From a virus (Duplodnaviria; Caudoviricetes), in the IMG/VR virus record IMGVR_UViG_3300006120_000038, positions 1 through 45,126 of that record: a stretch of 45,126 bases of DNA. One strand, 5' to 3'. This document shows positions 37,016 through 45,126 of this stretch, piece by piece; the first letter of the stretch is position 1; the number at the start of each line of letters is the position of its first letter. The position numbers were made by a program, and so were the translations under genes. Below the pieces are notes generated by a model. It was not told the DNA's origin, did no database searches, and saw only the letters and a list, made by a program, of their open reading frames with translations.

Positions 37016-37687
37016 ATGTCATTTAATGTTTTGGGGCTTTTCCCCGGATGTTTTGTTCCCACTAATGATGGAACCCTTGTGGGGCCAGGAACAAATTTTC
37101 CTTTTGGATTTGTGTTGGATGATTTGATGCGGTTTTATTGGAGGCGCAACTGGAACACGTTTGAACTTAGATCAGACATATCGGCAACGGTGGTTGCAGG
37201 ATCAAGCAGTGATTCAATTTCCCCGATCAACACGGTTATTGCTGGAAATTATGATCCAACAGTTTCCACTTATCATGATTTAGTTTGCGGCAGCAGTATC
37301 ACTTTACCATATGTGCCTGGAGATCCTTTACGACTTGAAATTAGCCTTCAATTAGATGCGGCTCTTGGAGTAATTTACAATGGTTTATATTATCCTTATT
37401 GCGTTTCTTATATGTTAGTGCAAATAGGGGTAGCATCATATCCACAAGAAGCTCAAGTTGGATTTCAATGGTCATCTTCCTACAGTCAATCATATATCAA
37501 TACGCAATTGGCATCAACCCCAGGCGCATTTCAAAAGAACATAAACTTCATCATAGATGGATTACCTAGCTGCACATTTCAAGTGCTTGGTTATGGAGTA
37601 GTTTTACAATACGGTGGAGGCACTGCCAGCCTTTCAATATCCCAAGTTCAGATGAATGCCGGAGGCACTTGGAGTTATCCTACTTGA
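37016..37687 (+). CDS. Hypothetical tail-associated protein
   Basis: Beta-rich, AT-rich ORF. Confidence 0.6.
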   Translation: MSFNVLGLFPGCFVPTNDGTLVGPGTNFPFGFVLDDLMRFYWRRNWNTFELRSDISATVVAGSSSDSISPINTVIAGNYDPTVSTYHDLVCGSSITLPYVPGDPLRLEISLQLDAALGVIYNGLYYPYCVSYMLVQIGVASYPQEAQVGFQWSSSYSQSYINTQLASTPGAFQKNINFIIDGLPSCTFQVLGYGVVLQYGGGTASLSISQVQMNAGGTWSYPT

Positions 37688-37712
37688 CATCCATCTTGTC
37701 GGAATGTAAACC
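37684..37712 (+). promoter_or_regulatory. Promoter candidate
   Basis: TTGACA-17-TAAACC, 12 nt before ATG. Confidence 0.5.
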
Positions 37713-37724
37713 AGACCTACTGAA

Positions 37725-38762
37725 ATGATAGTAGCAATTGCATACCACAATGGTGATCTTCCGCTCATGCGGAGATGGGCGAATCGAGTCAAGCAGCTTG
37801 GCCCATACATGAACCATGAGATCATCCTATCTCCGGTCAGGGGAGTGACCACTGACGGTATCCTCCTTCCCCTAGAGAACTGCTTTAGGAAAGTCCATAT
37901 CGTTCCAGCCAATCACTCCGAACAGGGATGGCCCGTGAGTTGCAATAGGGCATTCCAGAACATTGCTTGGCATTCAACGCTCGTCACCAGGCAATCATTC
38001 CTCTTTATGGAGCCTGATGCCATTCCTCTTTGCGAGGGATGGATTGACCAGATTGAGGCAGAATATCGTCAGTGCCAACGTCCATTCATGGGAGACTTTG
38101 TGGATCTATCCTCTGCCGATATCCCCGGAGGGATTGACCACATGAGCGGGATTGCCGTGTATGATTGGAATCTTTCCCAGACTGCCTCCCGTGTGTTCAA
38201 CTGCGTGTCCAACATCAAGTTTGCCGATGGGCATACCAAGGAAGAGGAATATGCTTGGGACATCTTTGCTGCTTCCGACATCGTTCCCAAGATGCATAGG
38301 ACTACCCTGATCCAACATGATTGGAGGGGAACCAGTGACCGATCCCATGAGTGGCGCAAGAATAACGTGGAGCCTTCCTTTGTGAGGCCAGGGGCAGTTA
38401 TTTACCATCCCGATAAGAAGGGAGTTCTTTTAAACGATGGGCTTGCTGGCCCGTCGAGTAGTGTGCAGGGAGATCCTGCGACGGGGGGTGATGCGATAAC
38501 TACCTCCTCATTTAATCACGACGAGCCAGCTCCTATTGATGAAAAAACAACCGAAATACAACAAAAAGCTCCCTTGGCAGGGACGAAAGAAGCTCAACTT
38601 GGAGCCATTGACAACGCAATCAACGTCCTTGCCTTCCACCACAATCTCGGCGGCTGGAACAGAAAGCACGTCAAAGAAAGCCTCGTCAAAGCCGGATTCG
38701 CAAAAGCCTCGAAAGTCAAGCGTGTTGGAAAGAAAGTTCGCCCTTCTTTGGTCAACGCTTAA
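37725..38762 (+). CDS. GT-A fold glycosyltransferase-like protein with low-complexity C-terminal extension
   Basis: GWP.SCN..F, FLFMEPDAIPL..GWID (ExD), HMSGIAVY, WD, IYHPDK. Confidence 0.65.
   Translation: MIVAIAYHNGDLPLMRRWANRVKQLGPYMNHEIILSPVRGVTTDGILLPLENCFRKVHIVPANHSEQGWPVSCNRAFQNIAWHSTLVTRQSFLFMEPDAIPLCEGWIDQIEAEYRQCQRPFMGDFVDLSSADIPGGIDHMSGIAVYDWNLSQTASRVFNCVSNIKFADGHTKEEEYAWDIFAASDIVPKMHRTTLIQHDWRGTSDRSHEWRKNNVEPSFVRPGAVIYHPDKKGVLLNDGLAGPSSSVQGDPATGGDAITTSSFNHDEPAPIDEKTTEIQQKAPLAGTKEAQLGAIDNAINVLAFHHNLGGWNRKHVKESLVKAGFAKASKVKRVGKKVRPSLVNA
38445..38530 (+). ncRNA. Structured element B (same architecture as element A)
   Basis: GCTGGCCCGTCG/CGACGAGCCAGC; GCAGG-GAGAT-CCTGC; GGGGGTG/TACCTCC. 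Confidence 0.55.
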
Positions 38763-39039
38763 AGGGGAAAGTCTTGTAGAGGAGCATAGGTTTCATCCGG
38801 TCAGGAAGTGGAGGTTGGACTTTGCCCATCTTGAAACCAAGGTGGGGATTGAGTTGCAGGGAGGCGTGTTTAGCGGAGGCCGTCATGCCAGAGGATACGG
38901 AATCGTCGGAGACTATGAAAAGGGAAATGAAGCTATTTTTTGCGGTTGGGTGATTATCCAGCTATCTGCAAAGCAGATCACCACGGAGAACATTGAGAAA
39001 ATTCGTGAGTTGATTGCAAAAAGATCGTTAAATAAATAA
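38539..39039 (+). CDS. Vsr/DUF559-like endonuclease
   Basis: EHRFHPVRKWRLDFA..GIELQGG..GGRH..DYEK.N.A..GW. Confidence 0.85.
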   Translation: MKKQPKYNKKLPWQGRKKLNLEPLTTQSTSLPSTTISAAGTESTSKKASSKPDSQKPRKSSVLERKFALLWSTLKGESLVEEHRFHPVRKWRLDFAHLETKVGIELQGGVFSGGRHARGYGIVGDYEKGNEAIFCGWVIIQLSAKQITTENIEKIRELIAKRSLNK

Positions 39040-39065
39040 ATTATTGCGGCTATTCGCAAAACCTA

Positions 39066-39095
39066 TTGACAAAAGTAGCAAAAATTTGCTAATCC
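39066..39095 (+). promoter_or_regulatory. Capsid promoter with embedded inverted repeat
   Basis: TTGACA at 39066; TAGCAAA-AA-TTTGCTA at 39076-39091. Confidence 0.55.
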
Positions 39096-39271
39096 AAGAA
39101 TTGCTGTATCTCATTTAACGATGAGAAGGGGGTCGCTCCCCAATAAAATAAACTGGCTGTAACTGGAAATCGCCTACCAGAAAAAACAGAATCGGGCATC
39201 ACGCTTGATTCAAAAACAAACTTTAATAAGAAAACTCTTATTAAAACAAACCACATTACTCTTTAATAATC

Positions 39272-40516
39272 ATGTCTGCTACTATTTCATGCTCTACAGT
39301 GAATGACATCTTTGAGCGGGAAACTTCCCGTTTCAACGTTGACATTTACGAGCGTTATTCCGTGGATGGCCCTTGGGGTCGTCTAGTGCGTGTTGGCAAG
39401 TTCCCTCTTGGTATGGGCACAACCCTGACTGAAGTCACGGTTGAGCGTGTGCTTTCCGGTAACTTTGAAAACACCTGGGCTAACGTTTCCACCTCGTCTG
39501 GACTTGGCTCCCCCAACAACGTTGCGGGCTGCAATCCTACTCCTAACAGTCTCAACTTTGGTCAGACGCTCCGTACTTGGCAGCTTCAGACCCAGGCTTA
39601 TCAGACTCCTTGCATCTGCTTGGACGATCTGAAGACTGCGTTCCAAATCGAGGCACAGGTTGGAAAGACCGTTGATCAGCTTACCCAGTTGACCAAGACG
39701 GTTCTGGACAATCGTCGCCGTGCAGAGTATCTGCGTATCGTTGGAAAGTCGGTTGCCGGAGATGTGACCCAGACTGTTTATCAGTCCGCTACCATCAACG
39801 GAACCACTGTTCCCAATGCGCTTTACAACAGCGTCACTGGCAATGCGATCCCCGCTCCTACGGCAAAGCTCTCACAGGACTTCCTTGATGTCCTGCGTGT
39901 TCAGCTTATCCGTGACGGTGCTGGTCACAATGCCCTCGGTAAGGAGAACGGTGTTCCAGTGCTTGGTCTGATCACCTCGCCCGAAACGAGCCGTGATCTG
40001 CTCCGCAACAATGCTGATCTCCGTCAGGATATCCGCTATGCCACCCCTTCGGAACTCATTGCACCTCTTGGTGTGGAGCGTTCCTTCCAGGGTTACTACC
40101 ACCTGATTGATCTGGAGCTTCCTCGCTTCGTGTTCAGCAACAACCAGTGGGTACAGGTTTATCCTTACATCCAGCAGTCCACGAACAATGGATATAGCTG
40201 GGAGATCAACCCTGCCTACAACGTTGCTCCTTACGAGGTTTCGTATGTGTTCCACCCGGACGTGTACGAGGAGAGCGTTCAACAGGTTGGGCCAAACATC
40301 CCCGGTGCGCCGTTCGACGATTATCCGTACTACTATTCCGGTCAGTTCTTCTGGCTGAATATTAGGGATGCCGTGAATAACCCGCTGGGTAAGATCGGTC
40401 GTTGGCTTGGAATCTTCCAGAGCGGAAGCCGCCCGATTGCTCCGTACCTTGGTCGCGCTATTATCCACAAGCGTTGCCCATACGACGTTAGCTTCGTCGG
40501 TTGCTACTACTCCTAA
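39272..40516 (+). CDS. Major capsid protein
   Basis: 414 aa; high-expression codon bias (GGT/CGT/AAC); own promoter, long leader and strong terminator. Confidence 0.75.
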   Translation: MSATISCSTVNDIFERETSRFNVDIYERYSVDGPWGRLVRVGKFPLGMGTTLTEVTVERVLSGNFENTWANVSTSSGLGSPNNVAGCNPTPNSLNFGQTLRTWQLQTQAYQTPCICLDDLKTAFQIEAQVGKTVDQLTQLTKTVLDNRRRAEYLRIVGKSVAGDVTQTVYQSATINGTTVPNALYNSVTGNAIPAPTAKLSQDFLDVLRVQLIRDGAGHNALGKENGVPVLGLITSPETSRDLLRNNADLRQDIRYATPSELIAPLGVERSFQGYYHLIDLELPRFVFSNNQWVQVYPYIQQSTNNGYSWEINPAYNVAPYEVSYVFHPDVYEESVQQVGPNIPGAPFDDYPYYYSGQFFWLNIRDAVNNPLGKIGRWLGIFQSGSRPIAPYLGRAIIHKRCPYDVSFVGCYYS

Positions 40517-40531
40517 TCGGTAGTTAATCAA

Positions 40532-40570
40532 GAAGGGGCCATCAGAGAAATCTGGTGGCCCTTTTCTTTT
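40532..40570 (+). terminator. Intrinsic terminator
   Basis: GGGCCATCAG-AGAAAT-CTGGTGGCCC-TTTTCTTTT. Confidence 0.9.
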
Positions 40571-40574
40571 GCCC

Positions 40575-40603
40575 TTGACCCATCTAGCTCCTAGCCTTTT
40601 ACT
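40575..40603 (+). promoter_or_regulatory. Promoter candidate
   Basis: TTGACC-17-TTTACT, 10 nt before ATG 40614. Confidence 0.4.
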
Positions 40604-40613
40604 TTGATTGCGT

Positions 40614-40952
40614 ATGTCTGCTATCACCCAAAACCTTTATATTGAACAGGGAACTGATTACTCTGTGGTGGTGAATGTGACCAATACTTCGGGAGGAGTG
40701 TTTGACCTTACAGGGGCCACGGCAGCTTCAGTTATTAAATCCCCAACTGGCACTCTCATTGAATCATTTACCACGTCAATCAATCCTTCTGCGGGAGTGA
40801 TCACGCTTTCTCTCACCGGAGCCACCACTGCTGCGGCATCCATTACCGGAGCGGCAAAGTGGGATTTGATTGTGAAGTTAAGCACAGGCAAGTTCTATCG
40901 ACTGATCCAGGGTGATGTGTTTATTTCCCCTGCTCAATCCACGTTGAGTTAA
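40614..40952 (+). CDS. Ig-like tail-fibre attachment/baseplate-type protein
   Basis: IEQGTDY..DLTGAT..GVITLSLT..WDL..RLIQG.V. Confidence 0.7.
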   Translation: MSAITQNLYIEQGTDYSVVVNVTNTSGGVFDLTGATAASVIKSPTGTLIESFTTSINPSAGVITLSLTGATTAAASITGAAKWDLIVKLSTGKFYRLIQGDVFISPAQSTLS

Positions 40953-40953
40953 A

Positions 40954-42720
40954 ATGGCTAATTTTTATTTTAATGATTCTGAAACGCAAGACCGTGATTA
41001 CAGTCAGTCTTTAAATTGGTTTTACGGAAGTTTTACTGGCACTCCAGCATACGGTATTCCATCAACCGGAGATAATGTTTATTTTGATGGTGGATATGGA
41101 ACAGGAACAGTAAATGCAGATGCCCTCGGATGGGGAATATCTCACGGATGCACAAATGCCACATTTGATCATGGATTTAGCTTTCAGATTCCATTGATTT
41201 GTAATCTTGCCACATTCAATAATTCTTCAAATATCTTTTATGTTGATGGTAGCACTCTTAATGGATCAATATTAAAAGCCACAGGAAAAGCAGGGAATGC
41301 TGTTTTTAATACTGGGTCTTGGAACAATGGCCGAGGATACATTCAAGGCAATGCCACATTCAATTACTTAACTGCCACCAGTGGGGCAGTAGTTGACTCA
41401 ACTGGATATGGTTGCGGAATTGTGCAAGGATACTGCTACGATCACACTGGAGCATCCATCACATCTTGGAAATTCCAAACAACAAATTTACAAGGATATT
41501 TTAATTGTCCGCATATAACTTCTGTTTATTTTTACAATTCTTCTCAAAATAACTATGACGTTAATTTAAATGGAGGCATTGGAACCATTAACCCAATTCC
41601 TGTTTATTTTCATAATAACTCTCAAAACAATGGAGTTACAGGGTCAATAACAGATGGTGGAACTTCATATTATTATGATAATTCTATAAATAATGGATTT
41701 TCTTATGGGCAAGCCTATATAGAGTCTCCAAACCCAAATCTGGTAATGCCGGGACAGTTTCCAGACAATCCTCCAATTTATGTTGGATATAATATTGCAA
41801 AATTCTTAAACTCATCTTCTGATGGAAATTATTCAAATGTGTCAAATTGGGCAGATGTTGTGAATGTTCCTTTAGGAAGGCTTCCACTTTCAACGGAAAC
41901 AATTTTAGTTAGTAGTCAAAACATTACATCAGACAGCACCGGAGCAGCTTACAGCACAGGATGTGCTTCTGCATATTTTACATCTTGTCAGCTTGGAGTT
42001 AATTTAAAAGTTACAGGGTTATGTCAATTTATATCTGGATCAATAAATAAATACACGCTTACTGGATCTGCTAGTTTTTTAAGTTCATCTTACAACCTTG
42101 GAACAATTACCGGAAATGCCACGTTTTCATATTTAACTGCATCAAGTGGGAATGTGGTGGATACAACTTTTTTTGGATGTGGAACTGTATTGGGAAATTG
42201 CCTTGATTCAAATGGAGCAACAATAACGTCTTGGTCATTTCAAAATACAGACCTTGAAGGCACAATAAATTGCTCCTCAATTACTGCTGTTAATTTTTAT
42301 TTATCTTCTAAAAACGTTGGGTCTGTATATCCAACGGCATACTTTTACGATTCATCCTCAAATGCCAATCTTGTTGCAAATAATGCTTATTTTTATTCGT
42401 TGTCAATAGACTCCGCAGGAGGATCAGTTGGTGGTGATGGATATTTTTATTCTACTAACACACAATCAGGAACAACTTCTGGTAATGCGTATTTTTATTA
42501 TCCAGCAATAAATCCAACTTCTGAAACAGTATATGGAACCATATTTTATTATGGATATCCAGGTTCTCCAAATGCAATTACAAACATATCCCTAAACCCA
42601 TCCACGATTGGAGCCACTGTTACTACGCCCCTCAATACTTCAACAGTAAGAACAACAGTAACTACGCCCCTCAATACTTCAACAGTAGGCACTACCATCT
42701 CCGTAGTTCTTTCCGCTTGA
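40954..42720 (+). CDS. Tail fibre / beta-helical receptor-binding protein
   Basis: Repeating (G)NAxFxxxSxN beta-helix rungs; internal duplication; AT-rich. Confidence 0.7.
   Translation: MANFYFNDSETQDRDYSQSLNWFYGSFTGTPAYGIPSTGDNVYFDGGYGTGTVNADALGWGISHGCTNATFDHGFSFQIPLICNLATFNNSSNIFYVDGSTLNGSILKATGKAGNAVFNTGSWNNGRGYIQGNATFNYLTATSGAVVDSTGYGCGIVQGYCYDHTGASITSWKFQTTNLQGYFNCPHITSVYFYNSSQNNYDVNLNGGIGTINPIPVYFHNNSQNNGVTGSITDGGTSYYYDNSINNGFSYGQAYIESPNPNLVMPGQFPDNPPIYVGYNIAKFLNSSSDGNYSNVSNWADVVNVPLGRLPLSTETILVSSQNITSDSTGAAYSTGCASAYFTSCQLGVNLKVTGLCQFISGSINKYTLTGSASFLSSSYNLGTITGNATFSYLTASSGNVVDTTFFGCGTVLGNCLDSNGATITSWSFQNTDLEGTINCSSITAVNFYLSSKNVGSVYPTAYFYDSSSNANLVANNAYFYSLSIDSAGGSVGGDGYFYSTNTQSGTTSGNAYFYYPAINPTSETVYGTIFYYGYPGSPNAITNISLNPSTIGATVTTPLNTSTVRTTVTTPLNTSTVGTTISVVLSA
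42622..42687 (+). repeat. 27-bp direct repeat, period 39
   Basis: ACTACGCCCCTCAATACTTCAACAGTA at 42622 and 42661 (TTPLNTSTV x2). Confidence 0.95.
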
Positions 42721-42745
42721 CCCCCTACAAATAACCCCTTACAAA
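42717..42745 (+). promoter_or_regulatory. Promoter candidate
   Basis: TTGACC-17-TACAAA, 8 nt before ATG 42754. Confidence 0.4.
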
Positions 42746-42753
42746 TCACCATT

Positions 42754-43029
42754 ATGGCTCTTCTTTTTACCATCCCCAAGGATTACAATCCTCCCTCCGG
42801 CTCCAAAGAGGGAGTAGAGTTCTCCGACATGGCTACCTTCAAGTTTGATGGTAAGGACATGATGCTCCTCTCCGTGGGTCAGGACAAGACTCCTATCCTC
42901 AATCGAGAAGTTAAGGATGAAAAGCCCAAGGGAGCTAAACAGGCCGTGAAGGAGCAGCTTTCCGCTATGGAAGACAAGGGCGGGAATGAAGAAATGGAAG
43001 ACACGGGCGATCAATACCAGGAGGAATAA
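42754..43029 (+). CDS. Hypothetical acidic protein
   Basis: ORF. Confidence 0.75.
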   Translation: MALLFTIPKDYNPPSGSKEGVEFSDMATFKFDGKDMMLLSVGQDKTPILNREVKDEKPKGAKQAVKEQLSAMEDKGGNEEMEDTGDQYQEE

Positions 43030-43032
43030 ACC

Positions 43033-43788
43033 ATGAGTGGCTATAGCTTTTACCAACCCCAGTACGCAAACCCCAACGATGGGGAGCTTATCACCCTGTG
43101 TAAGATCCTTGAGACTCTTGCTGGCAATTCTGGGTCAGAACAACCTCCTGTTACCGGATCAATCTCCACCGGATCTGGAACTTTAATCGTTGATGCAACT
43201 GATGTTTCCACGCTGGCATTCTCCACAACTGCCGCTTCTTCTGGGACAATCACGATCTCTGCATCTGTTGATGGAACAAGTTACCTCAACACTTCCTATG
43301 TGGCCCTAACCACTGGAGGCACTTCTTCCAGCTTTAATGCCGCAACTGCCACCATTGGGCAGATCAACACCGTTGGCATCTCCTACATCAAGTTCACGGC
43401 AAGTTCGCTTGTTGGCACAATCAACATTACCACGGTTGGAGCCGCCACGGTATCCAACGTGATGCTGGATAACCCGCTTCCTGCTGGGACAAACGTGATT
43501 GGTGTGGTTGGAACTCAAGCAGCAAATGGTGCGCTTACCATGACCAATAGCTCGGTTGGAGCTACTTCAGCCACTTTGCTTGCGGCTTCTACTGCAACCA
43601 AGACGCTCACGATTCAGAACACTTCTGCTTCCAACACCCTGTACGTCAGCACCACATCTCCAGCCACTTCCACTAACGGAATTGCAATTGGAGCAGGAGT
43701 TGGGTATCAGTTCCCATATGTGCCAACCAATGCCTTGTATTGTTTGGGATCTGCCGCTTCGACCACTTACACGATCTGGTACGCTTAA
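43033..43788 (+). CDS. Ser/Thr/Ala-rich virion decoration/fibre protein
   Basis: Two beta-sandwich-like segments (SVDGTSY; LTIQNT..LYV..GI.I) joined by LPAGTNVIGVV. Confidence 0.7.
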   Translation: MSGYSFYQPQYANPNDGELITLCKILETLAGNSGSEQPPVTGSISTGSGTLIVDATDVSTLAFSTTAASSGTITISASVDGTSYLNTSYVALTTGGTSSSFNAATATIGQINTVGISYIKFTASSLVGTINITTVGAATVSNVMLDNPLPAGTNVIGVVGTQAANGALTMTNSSVGATSATLLAASTATKTLTIQNTSASNTLYVSTTSPATSTNGIAIGAGVGYQFPYVPTNALYCLGSAASTTYTIWYA

Positions 43789-43805
43789 TAGCGGCCCCAT
43801 AGATT

Positions 43806-44522
43806 ATGGGTTTTATTTTAAATCAGAAGTTTAGCGATGGAGGATTCTTAAATCTGAATGTATCTGCTGCACCTTCTGGCTATACAATCAATTATTTGTT
43901 AGTTGGAGGAGGTGGAGGAGGATCTGGATCTGGAGATACATATCCTTATAGTGGAGGAAATGGAGGCAATGTTTATAGTAGTATATTTAACAGTTCTCCA
44001 CTAATAGCAAATAGTGGAACAACTTATAGTATTGTTATTGGAGTAGGAGGATTGGGTGGATTTTACGTTGGAAATAATGCAGGAAACGCTTACAATTCTG
44101 CCACAGTTGGTGGTACTACTCAATTAAAAAATGGCACAACTGTAATAAACCAAGGTAGAGGTGGGGGAGTTCAATCTGTTGGATCATTCTATGGTGGCAA
44201 TGGGGGAGGAGTTAATGGCGTGGCAGGTCAATCAAATGGAATTGGAGGAAACGGAACCACAGATTCAATTACTGGAATTTCTGTTTATTATAGCGGGGGG
44301 GGGCATGGAGGATTTAGTGCAATTTCTGGTTTAGGATCTTATGGACAAGGAGGAATTGCTGATGCGGCAGGACATGGATACAACGCATCAAATGGAGTTG
44401 TAATTCTTTCAATCCCAAATTCAAATTATACTGGAATAAAAACAGGAAGCCCAATAGTAAGTTCAGATGGTGCTGGACATACAATCCTAACATATACAGG
44501 AAACGGAACATATACTTCATAA
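43806..44522 (+). CDS. Glycine-rich tail fibre domain protein
   Basis: YLLVGGGGGG..YSIVIG.GG..YYSGGG.G..GVVILS..ILTYTGNGT. Confidence 0.8.
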   Translation: MGFILNQKFSDGGFLNLNVSAAPSGYTINYLLVGGGGGGSGSGDTYPYSGGNGGNVYSSIFNSSPLIANSGTTYSIVIGVGGLGGFYVGNNAGNAYNSATVGGTTQLKNGTTVINQGRGGGVQSVGSFYGGNGGGVNGVAGQSNGIGGNGTTDSITGISVYYSGGGHGGFSAISGLGSYGQGGIADAAGHGYNASNGVVILSIPNSNYTGIKTGSPIVSSDGAGHTILTYTGNGTYTS

Positions 44523-44524
44523 TT

Positions 44525-45126
44525 ATGGCCGCTTTTACATCTTTAGATTCAAACAATCTTGTTATTGATATTGCAATAATTTCTGATGAAGAATGTTCAA
44601 CAGAACAACAAGGAATTTTGTTTTGCCAAAACTTTTATGGAGGAGGAAATTTTGTTCAGACTTTTCCAGATGCTTCAAAAAGAAAAAAATATGCAAGAAT
44701 CGGAGATTATTATGATCTCAATACCGATGCTTTTTATTTTGCTGATATTACCCAAAACAATACTACTCCTTGCAGATGGGTAAACCTTCCAAATCAAACA
44801 TCATATTGCGTAAATTACCGAACAGCATCTTCGCTGTTTACTGGGTTAATTGCCTCCACTTATTTTGGAGCCACGCACGATACAACTAAACAGACGGCAC
44901 AGAATTTATTAGATTTACACATTTCTTCTGCCCCTAGTGGAACTCCCTATTCCGTAATTAGAGATCCTATAGATCGGTTTATTTCTTCCTATGCCCTTTC
45001 AACAGGAGGAGTCCCCGCTTGGTTGCCTGTAGATCAGTTTATTGAATGGTTGATTAAGCAAGACAAAACCAAACTAAATCCTCATTTTATGCCTCAAGTA
45101 AATCTTGTAGGAATACCAGAACCAAC
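44525..45126 (+). CDS. 5' part of tail-domain/sulfotransferase fusion (missed by ORF track; runs off the end)
   Basis: ATG 44525: MAAFTSLDSNNLVIDI..GILFCQNFYGGGNFVQT..RKKYARIGDYYD..DAF; in frame with 44783 (=position 1). Confidence 0.85.
   Translation, partial: MAAFTSLDSNNLVIDIAIISDEECSTEQQGILFCQNFYGGGNFVQTFPDASKRKKYARIGDYYDLNTDAFYFADITQNNTTPCRWVNLPNQTSYCVNYRTASSLFTGLIASTYFGATHDTTKQTAQNLLDLHISSAPSGTPYSVIRDPIDRFISSYALSTGGVPAWLPVDQFIEWLIKQDKTKLNPHFMPQVNLVGIPEP
44783..45126. repeat. Terminal direct repeat, copy 2
   Basis: Matches 1-344. Confidence 0.97.

Noticed and set aside
38450-38486. tRNA gene
   Set aside because: Only an acceptor/T-arm-like shape; no D or anticodon arm, TTCGA or CCA
44586-44783. 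65-aa ORF in track
   Set aside because: Alternative frame of the real gene starting at 44525
1-45126. Stop-codon reassignment or prophage status
   Set aside because: Standard code gives dense intact genes using all three stops; no integrase, att site or host genes seen

Overview
The window is an apparently complete ~44.8-kb dsDNA tailed-phage genome, probably podovirus-like (no tape measure seen; three large candidate ejection proteins). The first 344 bp recur at the end (44783-45126) with 16 substitutions, so it looks like a circular assembly closed through two allelic copies of one gene. Recognisable genes: a lysis cassette (holin candidates, u-spanin-like lipoprotein, GH108 endolysin), ERF recombinase, metallophosphoesterase, portal, PurD-like ATP-grasp enzyme, scaffold, TerL, PD-(D/E)xK nuclease, DnaB, SSB, Rnl2-type RNA ligase, three GT-A-type glycosyltransferases, a probable TerS, three HNH/EndoVII endonucleases, major capsid, tail proteins and a tail-domain/sulfotransferase fusion. 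I saw no integrase, repressor, DNA polymerase, primase, replication initiator, tRNA, RT or CRISPR. The most interesting unannotated signals are: (1) a two-gene basic-peptide mini-operon with perfect Shine-Dalgarno sites and a closing hairpin, overprinted inside the giant virion gene; (2) two dispersed copies of a GAGAU-loop three-way-junction RNA element; (3) a ~300-nt multi-stem non-coding element next to overlapping divergent promoters; (4) a dispersed glycosylation/sulfation/ligation gene set. All product calls come from motif recognition by eye; no searches were run.
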